Positions 1-9,822 of a stretch of 50,574 nt of DNA are shown here, piece after piece. A program made the position numbers and the translations under genes. The DNA comes from a virus (Duplodnaviria; Caudoviricetes). Location of the stretch: positions 1 to 50,574 of IMG/VR virus record IMGVR_UViG_3300032318_001408, one strand, 5' to 3'. Every line of letters starts with the position of its first letter. The first letter of the stretch is position 1. A model generated the notes under the pieces. That model saw only the letters and a program-made list of their open reading frames with translations, was not told where the DNA came from and did no database searches.

Positions 1-1
1 A

Positions 2-205
2 ACTACAGTTCCAGCAGCGGGCACACGTTGTAGTCTAGTTGTTTTAACAAGCGGAACAACATCTTATACGATGACATTTGGAACGGGATTTAGATCTCAA
101 GGAACTCTTGCTACAGGAGTTACTACTGCTAGGTATTTTGTTTTTGATTTTATTTCAGACGGAACAAATTTATTAGAAGTTTCAAGAACAATCGCAATGG
201 CATAA
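2..205 (+). CDS. 3' end of a virion/tail-fibre-like protein (5'-truncated by window)
   Basis: Frame open from nt 2 to TAA at 203-205 (TTVPAAGTRCSLVVLTSGTTSYTMTFGTG...SRTIAMA); Thr/Gly-rich beta-type composition; not in ORF track. Confidence 0.6.
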   Translation, partial: TTVPAAGTRCSLVVLTSGTTSYTMTFGTGFRSQGTLATGVTTARYFVFDFISDGTNLLEVSRTIAMA

Positions 206-214
206 GGGGTATAA

Positions 215-2059
215 ATGTCATACCAACTAAAAGTTATTAAAGATCATCCAATAGGATTTTGGCCTTTAGATGAACTTTATACAAGCTTTTATTTTGTTTC
301 TACTTATAATGATAGTACTACGCTTTATAATGAGCCATCTTATTATAACTCTTCTTTATCTACTTCTACCGCTTCAGATTATTCAGGATGTGGAAATAAT
401 GCAACCTATAATGGAGAGTTTCCCTTAAACGATTATTTGTTGCCATTAGTATCAGGCGGAAAATACGGAACTAATATTTCAAATAATGGAAAAATAGAGT
501 TATCAACAAATAAAGATTATTATGGATCAACCTCAAGCGGAGGAATTGGAAATAAGTATTCATCTGATAATGATTTTACAATTGAATGCTGGATATCTCC
601 CTCTATATTTTCATCTACTGAAACTCCAATTATGTCAGATAACTTAAACAACATAGGACTATACTGGCAAAATGGAGATATAGTTTTTAAAGTATCTGCA
701 ACCGAATCAGTTAGATATCCAGTAACATACTCTAAAAGAGTTATGCATTTAGTAGGAATTTATTCTGTATATTCGATTTCTTTGTATGTTGATGGTAGGC
801 TAGTTTCAACAAGATCATTAGCCGAAAACTTTAAATTTACAAATACCTCATTAGCCTTGGCTATAGGGCCAACAACTGTATCTACAGATTCTTTTATTGT
901 TGATGCTCCAGCCATATATAGATATTCTCTTCCTTCCTCTTCTATACAAAGACACTATGGAGATGGAAATTTTTCTGCACCAGCAATTCAAGTTGTTTCA
1001 CCAGATCAAGGAATTCTTTTTTCTTGCACAGATGCTTCTATAAGAGCTCAATTTCAATACTCGTATCCAGTAAATAAACAATGGTCGGAATTTCTTGATA
1101 GCAACACATACTATAATGAATCTGCAGGCTATATTTCTTTTTATAAAACAGATTCAGTTCAATCAAAAACATTTATTCTTGAAGACTCATTTTTAATACC
1201 TAGCCAAATTCCATTTGTAAGTTCAAAGGTGGAATGGAGAAACGATTTAGGCATAACAGTAGAGTCAAGCGTAGACGGAACAAATTGGCAAAATTGTTTA
1301 AATGGACAGCCATTGCCTCAATATACAAAAGATTCATTTAGCACTAACGGAGTTGTTTATATTAAAATAACCATGTCCACATCTGATGCTAGTAAATATT
1401 TACCAAGATTAGCGTATTTTGCAATTAGTTTTTATACAAATAAAGATGTTTACGCAGATAATTATGGCGATCTAATTTCATCTTCATCTGAGTATTATTT
1501 AGGGTCATTAAATTATCCACTTCTTTCCAGACACTATGATAATGGAATAAGGACAAAGCCTGGTTCTGGATTTAACTTGACCACAGCAGGCTCTGTAAAG
1601 TCCGTAGAGATGTTTTTTACTCCGTCTGACCTTACTGCTAATACCTTACTAGATGTGGCAGCTACGGGGTCATACACGGCTTCTGCGTACTCTTGGGCGG
1701 GAAACGGAACAATAACAAAGACCAATATATTAAAAATCTATGTAAATGGAGTAGATCAAACAACACAAACAAATATATCAAATGTATTTGCTGCTAATCA
1801 ACTATATCATGTTGTATTAGTTTTATCACAACCTTCTTCAGGCATATTAAAGTTTAATTACTCAGGTTCAGGCGGCCCAACTTGTCTATATAACAACATT
1901 GCTATATATTCAAAAGAACTAACTCAAGCAATAGTTTCCACACACTATTCCTTATATGTAGGAAGGCCAGCAGTCTCAGTTTCTGATCCGTCAATTACTG
2001 TGACAGAAAAGGATATCAAGTCTTACAATAATGACTGGATTGTGTTACAAAGTATCTAA
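215..2059 (+). CDS. LamG/concanavalin-A-like domain virion protein
   Basis: PIGFWPLDE start, DFTIECWI, HLVGIY...LYVDG, AIYRYSL motifs typical of LamG-like jelly rolls; a second such module at the C-terminus (IYVNG, YHVVLV, IAIYSKEL). Confidence 0.7.
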   Translation: MSYQLKVIKDHPIGFWPLDELYTSFYFVSTYNDSTTLYNEPSYYNSSLSTSTASDYSGCGNNATYNGEFPLNDYLLPLVSGGKYGTNISNNGKIELSTNKDYYGSTSSGGIGNKYSSDNDFTIECWISPSIFSSTETPIMSDNLNNIGLYWQNGDIVFKVSATESVRYPVTYSKRVMHLVGIYSVYSISLYVDGRLVSTRSLAENFKFTNTSLALAIGPTTVSTDSFIVDAPAIYRYSLPSSSIQRHYGDGNFSAPAIQVVSPDQGILFSCTDASIRAQFQYSYPVNKQWSEFLDSNTYYNESAGYISFYKTDSVQSKTFILEDSFLIPSQIPFVSSKVEWRNDLGITVESSVDGTNWQNCLNGQPLPQYTKDSFSTNGVVYIKITMSTSDASKYLPRLAYFAISFYTNKDVYADNYGDLISSSSEYYLGSLNYPLLSRHYDNGIRTKPGSGFNLTTAGSVKSVEMFFTPSDLTANTLLDVAATGSYTASAYSWAGNGTITKTNILKIYVNGVDQTTQTNISNVFAANQLYHVVLVLSQPSSGILKFNYSGSGGPTCLYNNIAIYSKELTQAIVSTHYSLYVGRPAVSVSDPSITVTEKDIKSYNNDWIVLQSI

Positions 2060-2085
2060 AATTGTCCATCTGTGTGACAAAAAGC

Positions 2086-2114
2086 TGGACTTGTGCAGGA
2101 AGTAATGGTAAAAT
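2086..2114 (+). promoter_or_regulatory. sigma70/SigA-type promoter, extended -10 (TGGACT-17-TAAAAT)
   Basis: TGG TAAAAT at 2106-2114, 8 nt before ATG 2123. Confidence 0.5.
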
Positions 2115-2122
2115 AAATTACT

Positions 2123-2464
2123 ATGGACATTAATCGTATAAACACCAAGATACTTGAAGAAGAGAGCGTACTTGGGATATATGTTTGGGAAATGCCTGAT
2201 GGCAGATGGATTGGGGACGATGATGGGAATTTTCTTTCAGTCACCTCTAAAAAAGGAAATAAATCCAGAGTCGATGCTTTGGCTAGAGAAGTTCGCTCAT
2301 TTGGCATACATGAGGGCAGGCCTAAATTTCTTTCTGCAAGAAGAAAAATTGATGACGAAGAATTTGAGTACCAAAAGAAAAGACTTGACTGGGGATTAGT
2401 TCCAGACCCACTAGACATTGGAAACTATAAAGACGAAATGAAGAAGTTGAAGGGGATGAGATGA
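2123..2464 (+). CDS. hypothetical protein upstream of portal
   Basis: 113-aa ORF, ATGA overlap with portal. Confidence 0.7.
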   Translation: MDINRINTKILEEESVLGIYVWEMPDGRWIGDDDGNFLSVTSKKGNKSRVDALAREVRSFGIHEGRPKFLSARRKIDDEEFEYQKKRLDWGLVPDPLDIGNYKDEMKKLKGMR

Positions 2465-4044
2465 CCGTAGAATTTATTGATGATGATGCATCAGAAAACG
2501 TAATTGATATTTCAAATACAGCAGACTGGTTTTCTTTAAAAAAAGATCAAGTAAGCAATGATCCATTTGCTGCAGGAATAGACGAATTAAAAAAAGTTAG
2601 AGGACTAGGTTCTTCTTTTAAGCGCAAGATAAGCAGAGAATTTTCTAAGTCGTTTACTGGCGTAGAAGGAACGGGAACACAGCAAAACCTACTAGCACAA
2701 GCTATTACAGGATATGCTATGTTTGATTTAGTAGAGCCAACATACAATCTTGAATACTTATCAGTGGTCTATGAAACATCAACATATAACTATGCGGCAA
2801 TTAACGCAAAGGTTGCCAACATTGTTGGCTTAGGATATGACTTTGTAGAAACAAAGAAAACAAATGATGCTCTTGATTCACTTACAGACGACAAGTCTCT
2901 TGAAAGAGCACGTAGAAAAATTAGCAAGTTGCGCCAAGATATTCACGCATGGCTGGATACAACAAATGATGAAGATACATTTACTCAAACTTTAATTAAG
3001 ACTTACACAGATTTAGAAGCAACAGGAAATGGCTATATTGAAATAGGAAGAACCACTGGTGGAAACATTGGATACATCGGGCACATTCCAGCAAAGACAA
3101 TGCGTGTACGCAGACTAAGAGACGGATTTATTCAATTGCTATATGGCAAGGCTGTATACTTCAGCAACTTTGGAGAGACAGATGTAGAGAATCCAATTGC
3201 TGGACAAGAAGATCGCCCAAATGAAATTATTCATTTGAAGAAGTACACTCCTATGAATAACTACTATGGCATTCCAGACATTATTGCAGCTCAGGTAGCA
3301 CTTGCAGGTAACGAGCTATCTGGAAGATACAACCTAGATTATTTTGAAAACAAGGCGGTTCCAAGATATATTATTACAGTAAAGGGAGCAAAGCTTTCTC
3401 CAGAATCAGAAAGAAAATTGCTTGAATTTTTCCAGGTTGGACTAAAGGGCAAGAATCATAGATCTCTATATATTCCACTTCCAGGAGATACCCCAGACTC
3501 AAAGACTGAATTTAAGATGGAGCCAGTTGAAGCAAACCCACAGGAATCTTCATTTAATGTTTATCGTAAATCAAATAGGGATGAAATTCTTTTAGCCCAT
3601 CGTGTGCCAATTAATAAAATTGGAACTCCAGAAGGAGTTAATTTAGCGGTAGCCAGAGATGCAGATAAAACATTTAAAGAGCAGGTTTGCCGACCAGCAC
3701 AAATGATTTTAGAGAAAAAAATAAATAAGATATTCGAAGAAAAAACTGATGCCTTGATGCTTAAATTTAATGAATTAACTTTAACTGATGAAGATACGCA
3801 ATCTAAAATTGATGAAAGATATTTAAGAATGCAGGTAATTACCCCTAATGAAGTTCGAATTAGAAAAGGCATGATTCCGCTAGATGGTGGAGATGATGTT
3901 ATTGAATTAAAGGGTCCAGCAAAAGCAGAGCAGGCATCGCTAGCTGGAAATACCAGACAAAGATCTCAAGATCGCCAAGCAACTTCCCCAGATATTTCTG
4001 GAGAAGGAAGAAATGCCAAGGGCGATGGCAGACAAGTTGACTAA
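2461..4044 (+). CDS. portal protein
   Basis: 527 aa; DLEATGNGYIE, EIIHLKKY..NNYYGIPDI, YFENKAVP, ITPNEVR motifs of HK97/PBSX-type portals; position before protease and capsid. Confidence 0.92.
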   Translation: MTVEFIDDDASENVIDISNTADWFSLKKDQVSNDPFAAGIDELKKVRGLGSSFKRKISREFSKSFTGVEGTGTQQNLLAQAITGYAMFDLVEPTYNLEYLSVVYETSTYNYAAINAKVANIVGLGYDFVETKKTNDALDSLTDDKSLERARRKISKLRQDIHAWLDTTNDEDTFTQTLIKTYTDLEATGNGYIEIGRTTGGNIGYIGHIPAKTMRVRRLRDGFIQLLYGKAVYFSNFGETDVENPIAGQEDRPNEIIHLKKYTPMNNYYGIPDIIAAQVALAGNELSGRYNLDYFENKAVPRYIITVKGAKLSPESERKLLEFFQVGLKGKNHRSLYIPLPGDTPDSKTEFKMEPVEANPQESSFNVYRKSNRDEILLAHRVPINKIGTPEGVNLAVARDADKTFKEQVCRPAQMILEKKINKIFEEKTDALMLKFNELTLTDEDTQSKIDERYLRMQVITPNEVRIRKGMIPLDGGDDVIELKGPAKAEQASLAGNTRQRSQDRQATSPDISGEGRNAKGDGRQVD

Positions 4045-4061
4045 CCCCACTCAACTGTTAT

Positions 4062-4090
4062 TTGCCTTTTTATCTATAAGTCGCTAAAAT
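4062..4090 (+). promoter_or_regulatory. promoter TTGCCT-17-TAAAAT, likely leaderless transcript
   Basis: -35 at 4062-4067, -10 at 4085-4090, ATG at 4098, no SD. Confidence 0.6.
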
Positions 4091-4097
4091 TAAGCAT

Positions 4098-5435
4098 ATG
4101 AATATTGAAAAGTCTTTGTGGACTAGCCATGGCAATGACATTAATTTGTCCGTTCCTTTTACTAAAGTTAACCGTGAACAGAGAACTGTTTCTGGTTTTG
4201 CAACGCTTGACAATATTGATCAAACAGGCGATGTTGTAACAGCAGAAGCAAGCGTAAAAGCATTTGAAAGTTTTCGTGGAAACATTCGTGAGATGCACGG
4301 ATCTCTTGCAGTTGGGAAGATGGTTTCTTTCAAGCCAGAAACTTTCTACGATCCAACAACTAAAGAGTTTTATAACGGTGTTTATGTAACAGCATACATT
4401 TCAAAAGGCGCACAAGATAGCTGGGAAAAGGTTCTAGACGGAACTCTTTCAGGATTCTCAATCGGCGGGAAGATTAAAGAATCAGATAATGAAGTTAATA
4501 AGGCTACAGGTAAAACTGTAAGATTTATTAAAGACTACGAATTGATGGAACTATCAATTGTAGATTCTCCAGCAAATGAGCTATGTAACATTCTTTCTAT
4601 ACAGAAGGTAAATGGACAATACATTGCAAAGGGTATAGCAGTAGATGTTGTAACCGAAAATATTTTTTACTGTGAAGATAGTAATTCTGTTTTTATCTCA
4701 ACAGATAAGACATATGACTCACCAGTATCTGGTAAGCCAGCTCAACTTATTGGTTGGGTTGAAAGTTCAGATGTCAACAAAGCAAAAGAGATTGATAAGA
4801 TTCTTGATGCATATAAGCAGTCAAGATTTACGTTGCCTGATACACAAAAAATTGCAAAACAGGCAAACGCAGAAGGAGGTAATGAAATGTCAGATAACAC
4901 AGAAAACGTAGTCGCTGAAGATGTTGCAGTTGATGCAGCAGTTGAAGCAGCCGTTGAAGAGACAGAAGTTGTTGCAGAAGATGCAGCTACAGCTGAGGCT
5001 CCTGCAGAAGAAGCAGTAGCAGAAGACGTTCCTGCCGAGACTCTGGAAAAAGCAGCCGAAGTATCAGAAGATAAGGTTGATGAACCTGATTTTGCGAAGA
5101 TGTTAGGCGATCTAAAAGGCTTTTTCTCAGAAACTCTAAACAAGGCATCTGAAGCAAATGCAGCACAAGTTACAACAATCCAAGAGACTGTTGAAGCTTT
5201 TAGCAAGAGCGTAGATTCTAGAATTTCAGAGTTGGCAGAACAACACACAGTACTTTCAAGTGCTGTAAATGATATCAAGAGCACGATTGATGGTGTACAA
5301 AAGCGTGTCGACGCAGTAGAATCAGAGACTGCAATTAAGAAGTCTTCAGATCTTGGCCGATCAGAAGAAGTAACAATCAAAAAATCCAAATGGAACGGTT
5401 CTTTCCTCGGTTCCGTGAACGAAATATTTAACTAA
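4098..5435 (+). CDS. prohead (capsid maturation) protease fused to scaffold region
   Basis: VSGFAT.DNID..GD, REMH, GFSIGG, ELSIVDSPAN motifs of HK97/XkdF-type proteases; acidic and coiled-coil C-terminal half. Confidence 0.88.
   Translation: MNIEKSLWTSHGNDINLSVPFTKVNREQRTVSGFATLDNIDQTGDVVTAEASVKAFESFRGNIREMHGSLAVGKMVSFKPETFYDPTTKEFYNGVYVTAYISKGAQDSWEKVLDGTLSGFSIGGKIKESDNEVNKATGKTVRFIKDYELMELSIVDSPANELCNILSIQKVNGQYIAKGIAVDVVTENIFYCEDSNSVFISTDKTYDSPVSGKPAQLIGWVESSDVNKAKEIDKILDAYKQSRFTLPDTQKIAKQANAEGGNEMSDNTENVVAEDVAVDAAVEAAVEETEVVAEDAATAEAPAEEAVAEDVPAETLEKAAEVSEDKVDEPDFAKMLGDLKGFFSETLNKASEANAAQVTTIQETVEAFSKSVDSRISELAEQHTVLSSAVNDIKSTIDGVQKRVDAVESETAIKKSSDLGRSEEVTIKKSKWNGSFLGSVNEIFN
4887..5435 (+). 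CDS. probable in-frame nested scaffolding protein (182 aa)
   Basis: AAGGAGGT at 4873-4880, 6 nt before in-frame ATG 4887 (MSDNTENVVAED...). Confidence 0.65.
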   Translation: MSDNTENVVAEDVAVDAAVEAAVEETEVVAEDAATAEAPAEEAVAEDVPAETLEKAAEVSEDKVDEPDFAKMLGDLKGFFSETLNKASEANAAQVTTIQETVEAFSKSVDSRISELAEQHTVLSSAVNDIKSTIDGVQKRVDAVESETAIKKSSDLGRSEEVTIKKSKWNGSFLGSVNEIFN

Positions 5436-5449
5436 GGTAGGTATAAATA

Positions 5450-6499
5450 ATGAGCAATGAAACATTAGAAAAAGCAATTGCAACTGGCACAACAGCCCGT
5501 GGTACATTTGCTTCAACAACTGGTGGTACAGGAGTTCACACAGCGTCTGAAAATGGCAATGGTGGTCTTCTTAACCCTGAACAGTCTGCCCGCTTCCTTG
5601 ACTATATGTTCGACGCAACCGTAATCGGTAAAGTTGCACGTACAGTACGTATGAAGTCAGACACAGCCGTGATTGTCCTTATGTCCGTTGGTGAGAAGCT
5701 TATGAAGCTTGCAACTGAAGGAGATAACGATGCTGCTAACTCAGCAGTAACTTTCTCAAAGATTTCTCTAACAACAAAGAAGCTCCGCATGGATTGGGAA
5801 CTTTCAACTGAATCTCTAGAAGACAACATCGAAGGTGCAGATCTAGAAGATCACATTGCACGTTTGATGGCAACACAGGCAGGAAACGACATCGAAGATG
5901 TTATCCTAAACGGTGATACAGCTCTTACAGGAGATGCTCTTTACAAGTCATTTGATGGCGTTGTAAAGAAGGCAAAGGCATCAGGTCGTGTCGTAGACGC
6001 AGCTGGTGCTAACGTATCTCGTGAAGTATTCAACAAGGCGCTTAAGGCTATGCCACGTAAGTACAAGCAACGTCGTGGAGACCTTCGCTTCCTTGCTGGA
6101 TCAAACTTGATTCAGGATTTCCTATATGCTAACAGCATTGGAACAAACCAGACAATCCCACAGGATATCGCTTCAAGCGTAATCCGTGGAGGAGTTGCAC
6201 CACTAGGTGGACCTGCAGGATATGTGGCACCATTCGCATTCGGTATTCCGATTGTTGAAGTACCACTTCTTAATGAGACACAGACTGGAACACATTCAGG
6301 AGCCGCTGGTTCACACGGAGATATCCACTTGTCATTCCCAAATAACGTAGTTATTGGAATCAAGCGTGATGTAACTGTTTACCGCTTCTTCTGGCCACGT
6401 AAGGACTCAATCGAGTACACAATGTATACTCGTGTTGGTGTCCAGATCGAACAAGCAGATGCTTGGGTTGTCGTAAAGAACGTTAAGGTTGCTTCTTAA
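5450..6499 (+). CDS. major capsid protein
   Basis: 349 aa after protease; GGLLNPEQ, LEDNIEG, INGD-like ILNGD motifs; SD AAGGTAGG; codon use biased to CGT/AAC/TTC/ATC; followed by terminator. Confidence 0.9.
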   Translation: MSNETLEKAIATGTTARGTFASTTGGTGVHTASENGNGGLLNPEQSARFLDYMFDATVIGKVARTVRMKSDTAVIVLMSVGEKLMKLATEGDNDAANSAVTFSKISLTTKKLRMDWELSTESLEDNIEGADLEDHIARLMATQAGNDIEDVILNGDTALTGDALYKSFDGVVKKAKASGRVVDAAGANVSREVFNKALKAMPRKYKQRRGDLRFLAGSNLIQDFLYANSIGTNQTIPQDIASSVIRGGVAPLGGPAGYVAPFAFGIPIVEVPLLNETQTGTHSGAAGSHGDIHLSFPNNVVIGIKRDVTVYRFFWPRKDSIEYTMYTRVGVQIEQADAWVVVKNVKVAS

Positions 6500-6520
6500 T
6501 TAATTAAGAATTAACTACAG

Positions 6521-6550
6521 AAAGGCCCCCAATTAATTTTGGGGGCTTTT
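6521..6550 (+). terminator. intrinsic terminator after capsid gene
   Basis: AAAGGCCCCCAA-TTAATT-TTGGGGGCTTTT hairpin plus T-tract. Confidence 0.85.
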
Positions 6551-6566
6551 CATTTTAATTTAACAA

Positions 6567-6575
6567 TGCTATAAT
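6567..6575 (+). promoter_or_regulatory. extended -10 promoter TGCTATAAT
   Basis: Exact TGnTATAAT upstream of AAGGAG SD and ATG 6601. Confidence 0.65.
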
Positions 6576-6600
6576 TAAAGAACCTAACAAAGGAGAATAT

Positions 6601-7008
6601 ATGTCATTCGAGACATTGAAAGTAGCAGAACTCAGAAAAGTTGCAGAGGACTTTGCAGTTGATACTGACGGACTAAAAAATAAGGCAGATATTGTTGCCG
6701 CTCTTGCCGAAGAGGGAGTAACTTGGTCTGTTTACCAAAAAACTATTAAAGATATTGAAAAAGCGGCGGATGAATTTAGCGAAGACGCCGAAGAAATTCT
6801 TCCAAGATTTAATCCTAATTCTCAACCAGAAAACACAATGCTAGTCAGAATGACTAGAGAGAATTACAGATATGATATCCTTGGATTTACGTTTACAAAA
6901 GAGCATCCTTTTGTTGCAATGACATCAGATGACGCTCAACAAATTTTTGACAAGGAGGAAGGTTTCCGCCTAGCAACTCCAAAGGAAGTTCAGGAGTACT
7001 ACGCTTAA
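6601..7008 (+). CDS. hypothetical protein with N-terminal Rho-N/HeH-like helical domain
   Basis: LKVAELRKVAEDFAVDTDGLKNKADIVAAL matches L.v.ELk..A...gi......K.eLi pattern. Confidence 0.65.
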   Translation: MSFETLKVAELRKVAEDFAVDTDGLKNKADIVAALAEEGVTWSVYQKTIKDIEKAADEFSEDAEEILPRFNPNSQPENTMLVRMTRENYRYDILGFTFTKEHPFVAMTSDDAQQIFDKEEGFRLATPKEVQEYYA

Positions 7009-7018
7009 CCTTTATTAA

Positions 7019-7999
7019 ATGGAGATTTTAGTAGATTCAAATGCACCAATAACACACAAAGTATTTTGGCAAGGACAGCTTACAGATTCTGATGCTCTTC
7101 CAGTTGTTAAAGTGTATGACATTACAGAAGATCCAGCAATAACTCCAGCAATAAACCCAGGAACAGTATTAGCAACATTAACTCCAGTTAAATCTGAAGT
7201 TGATACTGGGACCTATAATCTTTATTTGCCATTTGATTATAGCAATAGACAAAAGCAATTGAGATTAGAGTGGACATACAGAGTAAATGGACAGGATGCA
7301 CGTAAAGAGCATAAGGTATTTGTTCAAACACCATACACTGATATGAGCCAAGCAATTGACGCATTAGGATTGGGATCAGATTATTCAGATCCTAATTCTA
7401 AGTCATATGCTGAATTATGCAGTGCTGAAAGATATGCAAGAAAATTAATTGAAGCGTATACTGGACAAAATTTTTATCTATATGACGATGTGCAAATAGC
7501 GTATGGGTCAGGTTCAGATGTATTGCCTTTGCCTTATAAGCTATCAGAATTGCATGAGTTGTATCAAAACGATATCCTATTGCTTGATACTATTAACGAT
7601 ATAGATAATTGGAATTACAATACAATTATTTCAGAGAGCGGATTTGGAATAAGAATAAATAGAGCTAACATGCTTGACAATACTGTATATACCGCAAATG
7701 GAATGGTCCCCCCTTCAATTAATGATACATATAATGGAGTGTTTGCAAATGGATCAACATATAGAGTTCAAGGTAAGTTTGGATGGCAAGAAATTCCAGA
7801 TGAAGTTGATCTTGCATGTATTGAGTTAATGAAAGATTATTTTTCAAAAGATAAGATATGGAGAAATAAATATATGAAGTCAATCAAAACATTTGATTGG
7901 CAATTTGAGTATAATTCAGGCACCTATTCTGGTACTGGTAATCTTTATGCAGATCAAATACTTCTCCCATATGTAATAAATAAGATGGTTGTTGTCTAA
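7019..7999 (+). CDS. head-to-tail adaptor/connector
   Basis: ARKLIEAYTGQNF and GKFGW.EIPDEVDLACIEL motifs; position after capsid. Confidence 0.7.
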   Translation: MEILVDSNAPITHKVFWQGQLTDSDALPVVKVYDITEDPAITPAINPGTVLATLTPVKSEVDTGTYNLYLPFDYSNRQKQLRLEWTYRVNGQDARKEHKVFVQTPYTDMSQAIDALGLGSDYSDPNSKSYAELCSAERYARKLIEAYTGQNFYLYDDVQIAYGSGSDVLPLPYKLSELHELYQNDILLLDTINDIDNWNYNTIISESGFGIRINRANMLDNTVYTANGMVPPSINDTYNGVFANGSTYRVQGKFGWQEIPDEVDLACIELMKDYFSKDKIWRNKYMKSIKTFDWQFEYNSGTYSGTGNLYADQILLPYVINKMVVV

Positions 8000-8427
8000 T
8001 GTATGATCTTGTTGACTCTGTTATGAACATGTTTATGGATGTTTACAAGCAATTTGATTTGCAAGACTCAAATACAGGTGCGATAAAAAAAGAATGGCAA
8101 TTTGATAGAACCGTACCATGCAGTGCAAAAGGTATTATTAGCAATTCATCTTCAAGTCGTACAGGAGATAGACAGGTAATGTCTAATAAATACACTAACG
8201 ATCAAATTCTTCAAATTAGAACATCAGATAAAATAACATTAAGAGAAAAAATTACAAATATAAGAGATTCTGAAGGAACTGTTATATGGGAAGAATTAAA
8301 TTTTCCTACAAATACTCCTACAGTTTTTGAGTTAATGGGAATAACACCAATGACAGATCCACTAGGTGGCGTGGTAGGATATAACTCTACTGTCAAGAGA
8401 TCGGAAAATCAGACAATTGGACAATAG
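7999..8427 (+). CDS. probable head-to-tail stopper
   Basis: 142 aa beta-rich, TAATG-coupled to adaptor; position. Confidence 0.55.
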   Translation: MYDLVDSVMNMFMDVYKQFDLQDSNTGAIKKEWQFDRTVPCSAKGIISNSSSSRTGDRQVMSNKYTNDQILQIRTSDKITLREKITNIRDSEGTVIWEELNFPTNTPTVFELMGITPMTDPLGGVVGYNSTVKRSENQTIGQ

Positions 8428-9199
8428 CTCAGTTTTAGTAACAGCAGCCAGCGGATTACAAAAAACTATGGCTGGAACCTCTGGTACAATTTTAAAAGAT
8501 AGCACAGTTGCTCAAATATCAGCAGCAATATACTATCAAGCAAAGGTTGTTTCAAAGATAACAACAAACAAACAATTTCAGTCTAAATTTCAATCTATTA
8601 TATTTAAACAGCTGGAACAAGATTTTAATCTTTATTTAGATTCTCAAGCTAGAGTTAATCCAAAGTCATTGCATCACATGTATGAGTGGAAAAAGGTTGG
8701 TAATCCTAAAGCCAGATTATTTAAATTAAGTATAAGAGAAACCAATGGGTTGTCTTTTAAAATTGGTTCAACATTTTTGCCATCTAGATCTACCGTTCCA
8801 AATACTTTTAATAAAAATAAATATGTTTTTGCTAATAAAGCTTCTATCATGGAAGCTGGAATGCCCGTAATAATCCGCCCTAAGTCCGCAGAGCGCCTAG
8901 TATTTGAAACTAGTACTGGAGTAGTATATATGCCTAAAGGTGCCTCTGTGACCGTTACAAGGCCTGGCGGAGGCAAGGCAACAGGCAGATTCCAAATTGC
9001 ATATGCAAGATTCTTTACTGGAAACTTAGTCAGTTTGTCAATTAAAAAGTCAGGGTTTCAACAACTATTTAATTCATCATTAACTAAGGCTATGAAGTTG
9101 CCAGCAGATGTAAAGAAGGTTAAATATTCTTTTACACCAAATTCATTAAATATGCATGCAGATTCAGCAATTGCTACAGCATTTGGAGGTATAGTATGA
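8417..9199 (+). CDS. neck/tail completion region protein
   Basis: 260-aa basic ORF between stopper and terminator; TTG start. Confidence 0.5.
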   Translation: MDNSSVLVTAASGLQKTMAGTSGTILKDSTVAQISAAIYYQAKVVSKITTNKQFQSKFQSIIFKQLEQDFNLYLDSQARVNPKSLHHMYEWKKVGNPKARLFKLSIRETNGLSFKIGSTFLPSRSTVPNTFNKNKYVFANKASIMEAGMPVIIRPKSAERLVFETSTGVVYMPKGASVTVTRPGGGKATGRFQIAYARFFTGNLVSLSIKKSGFQQLFNSSLTKAMKLPADVKKVKYSFTPNSLNMHADSAIATAFGGIV

Positions 9200-9705
9200 C
9201 AGATTATAAAGCAGATATAATGCTAGATTTAAGAAAGTATCTTTGGAATCAATTAAAGTCTAACGATATTTTTACCGCTACAGATTATTATTCTGACAAT
9301 ATAGGACAAGAGATTGTTCCAATCATACCTGTCCAGCAGTCTCCAGAGATGAATCAATTTTTAAGCGGGAAGAAGCACATAGTCTATGACAAGATAGGAA
9401 TGTCATATGAGGACAATTGGGCTATATGCTGTGAGCAGATACTGTTTACAATATATTCAACGGATGTTTCAGAAATTAATGAGATCAGAAACCTAATGAC
9501 AGACCTATTTAGAAGAATGGATGACTCAGCTAGAGATGCTAATGTCTATTCTGGGATATCCAGTAAATTTAAATTCTTTAGTATATTTGTTGCTGATATT
9601 TCTCCTACTTCTCCATCTGAAGAGTTATCAGGATTCCTTTCCTCAGATGTGATACTTGAAGTAAAATACGCAAGACACCTTGGCCTAACAGGACGCTTCC
9701 TTTAA
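9196..9705 (+). CDS. probable tail terminator protein
   Basis: 169 aa immediately before tail tube; position and size. Confidence 0.55.
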   Translation: MTDYKADIMLDLRKYLWNQLKSNDIFTATDYYSDNIGQEIVPIIPVQQSPEMNQFLSGKKHIVYDKIGMSYEDNWAICCEQILFTIYSTDVSEINEIRNLMTDLFRRMDDSARDANVYSGISSKFKFFSIFVADISPTSPSEELSGFLSSDVILEVKYARHLGLTGRFL

Positions 9706-9706
9706 T

Positions 9707-9735
9707 TTGCCTTTGGGCGCATTATACTCTATCAT
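9707..9735 (+). promoter_or_regulatory. promoter TTGCCT-17-TATCAT for tail tube gene
   Basis: Same -35 hexamer as the protease promoter, 17-nt spacer. Confidence 0.5.
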
Positions 9736-9822
9736 TATCTATAGAGGGAAGGGCCTAGCCAGCCAAGATTTAATGATTTACAACAATATATATATATTTT
9801 TATAAATAGGAGGAAAATAACT

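Noticed and set aside
4742-5389. 215-aa minus-strand ORF
   Set aside because: Antisense shadow of the Ala/Glu-rich scaffold region; no SD or motifs
9786-9797. (AT)n run upstream of the tail tube gene
   Set aside because: Short and unremarkable in an AT-rich UTR
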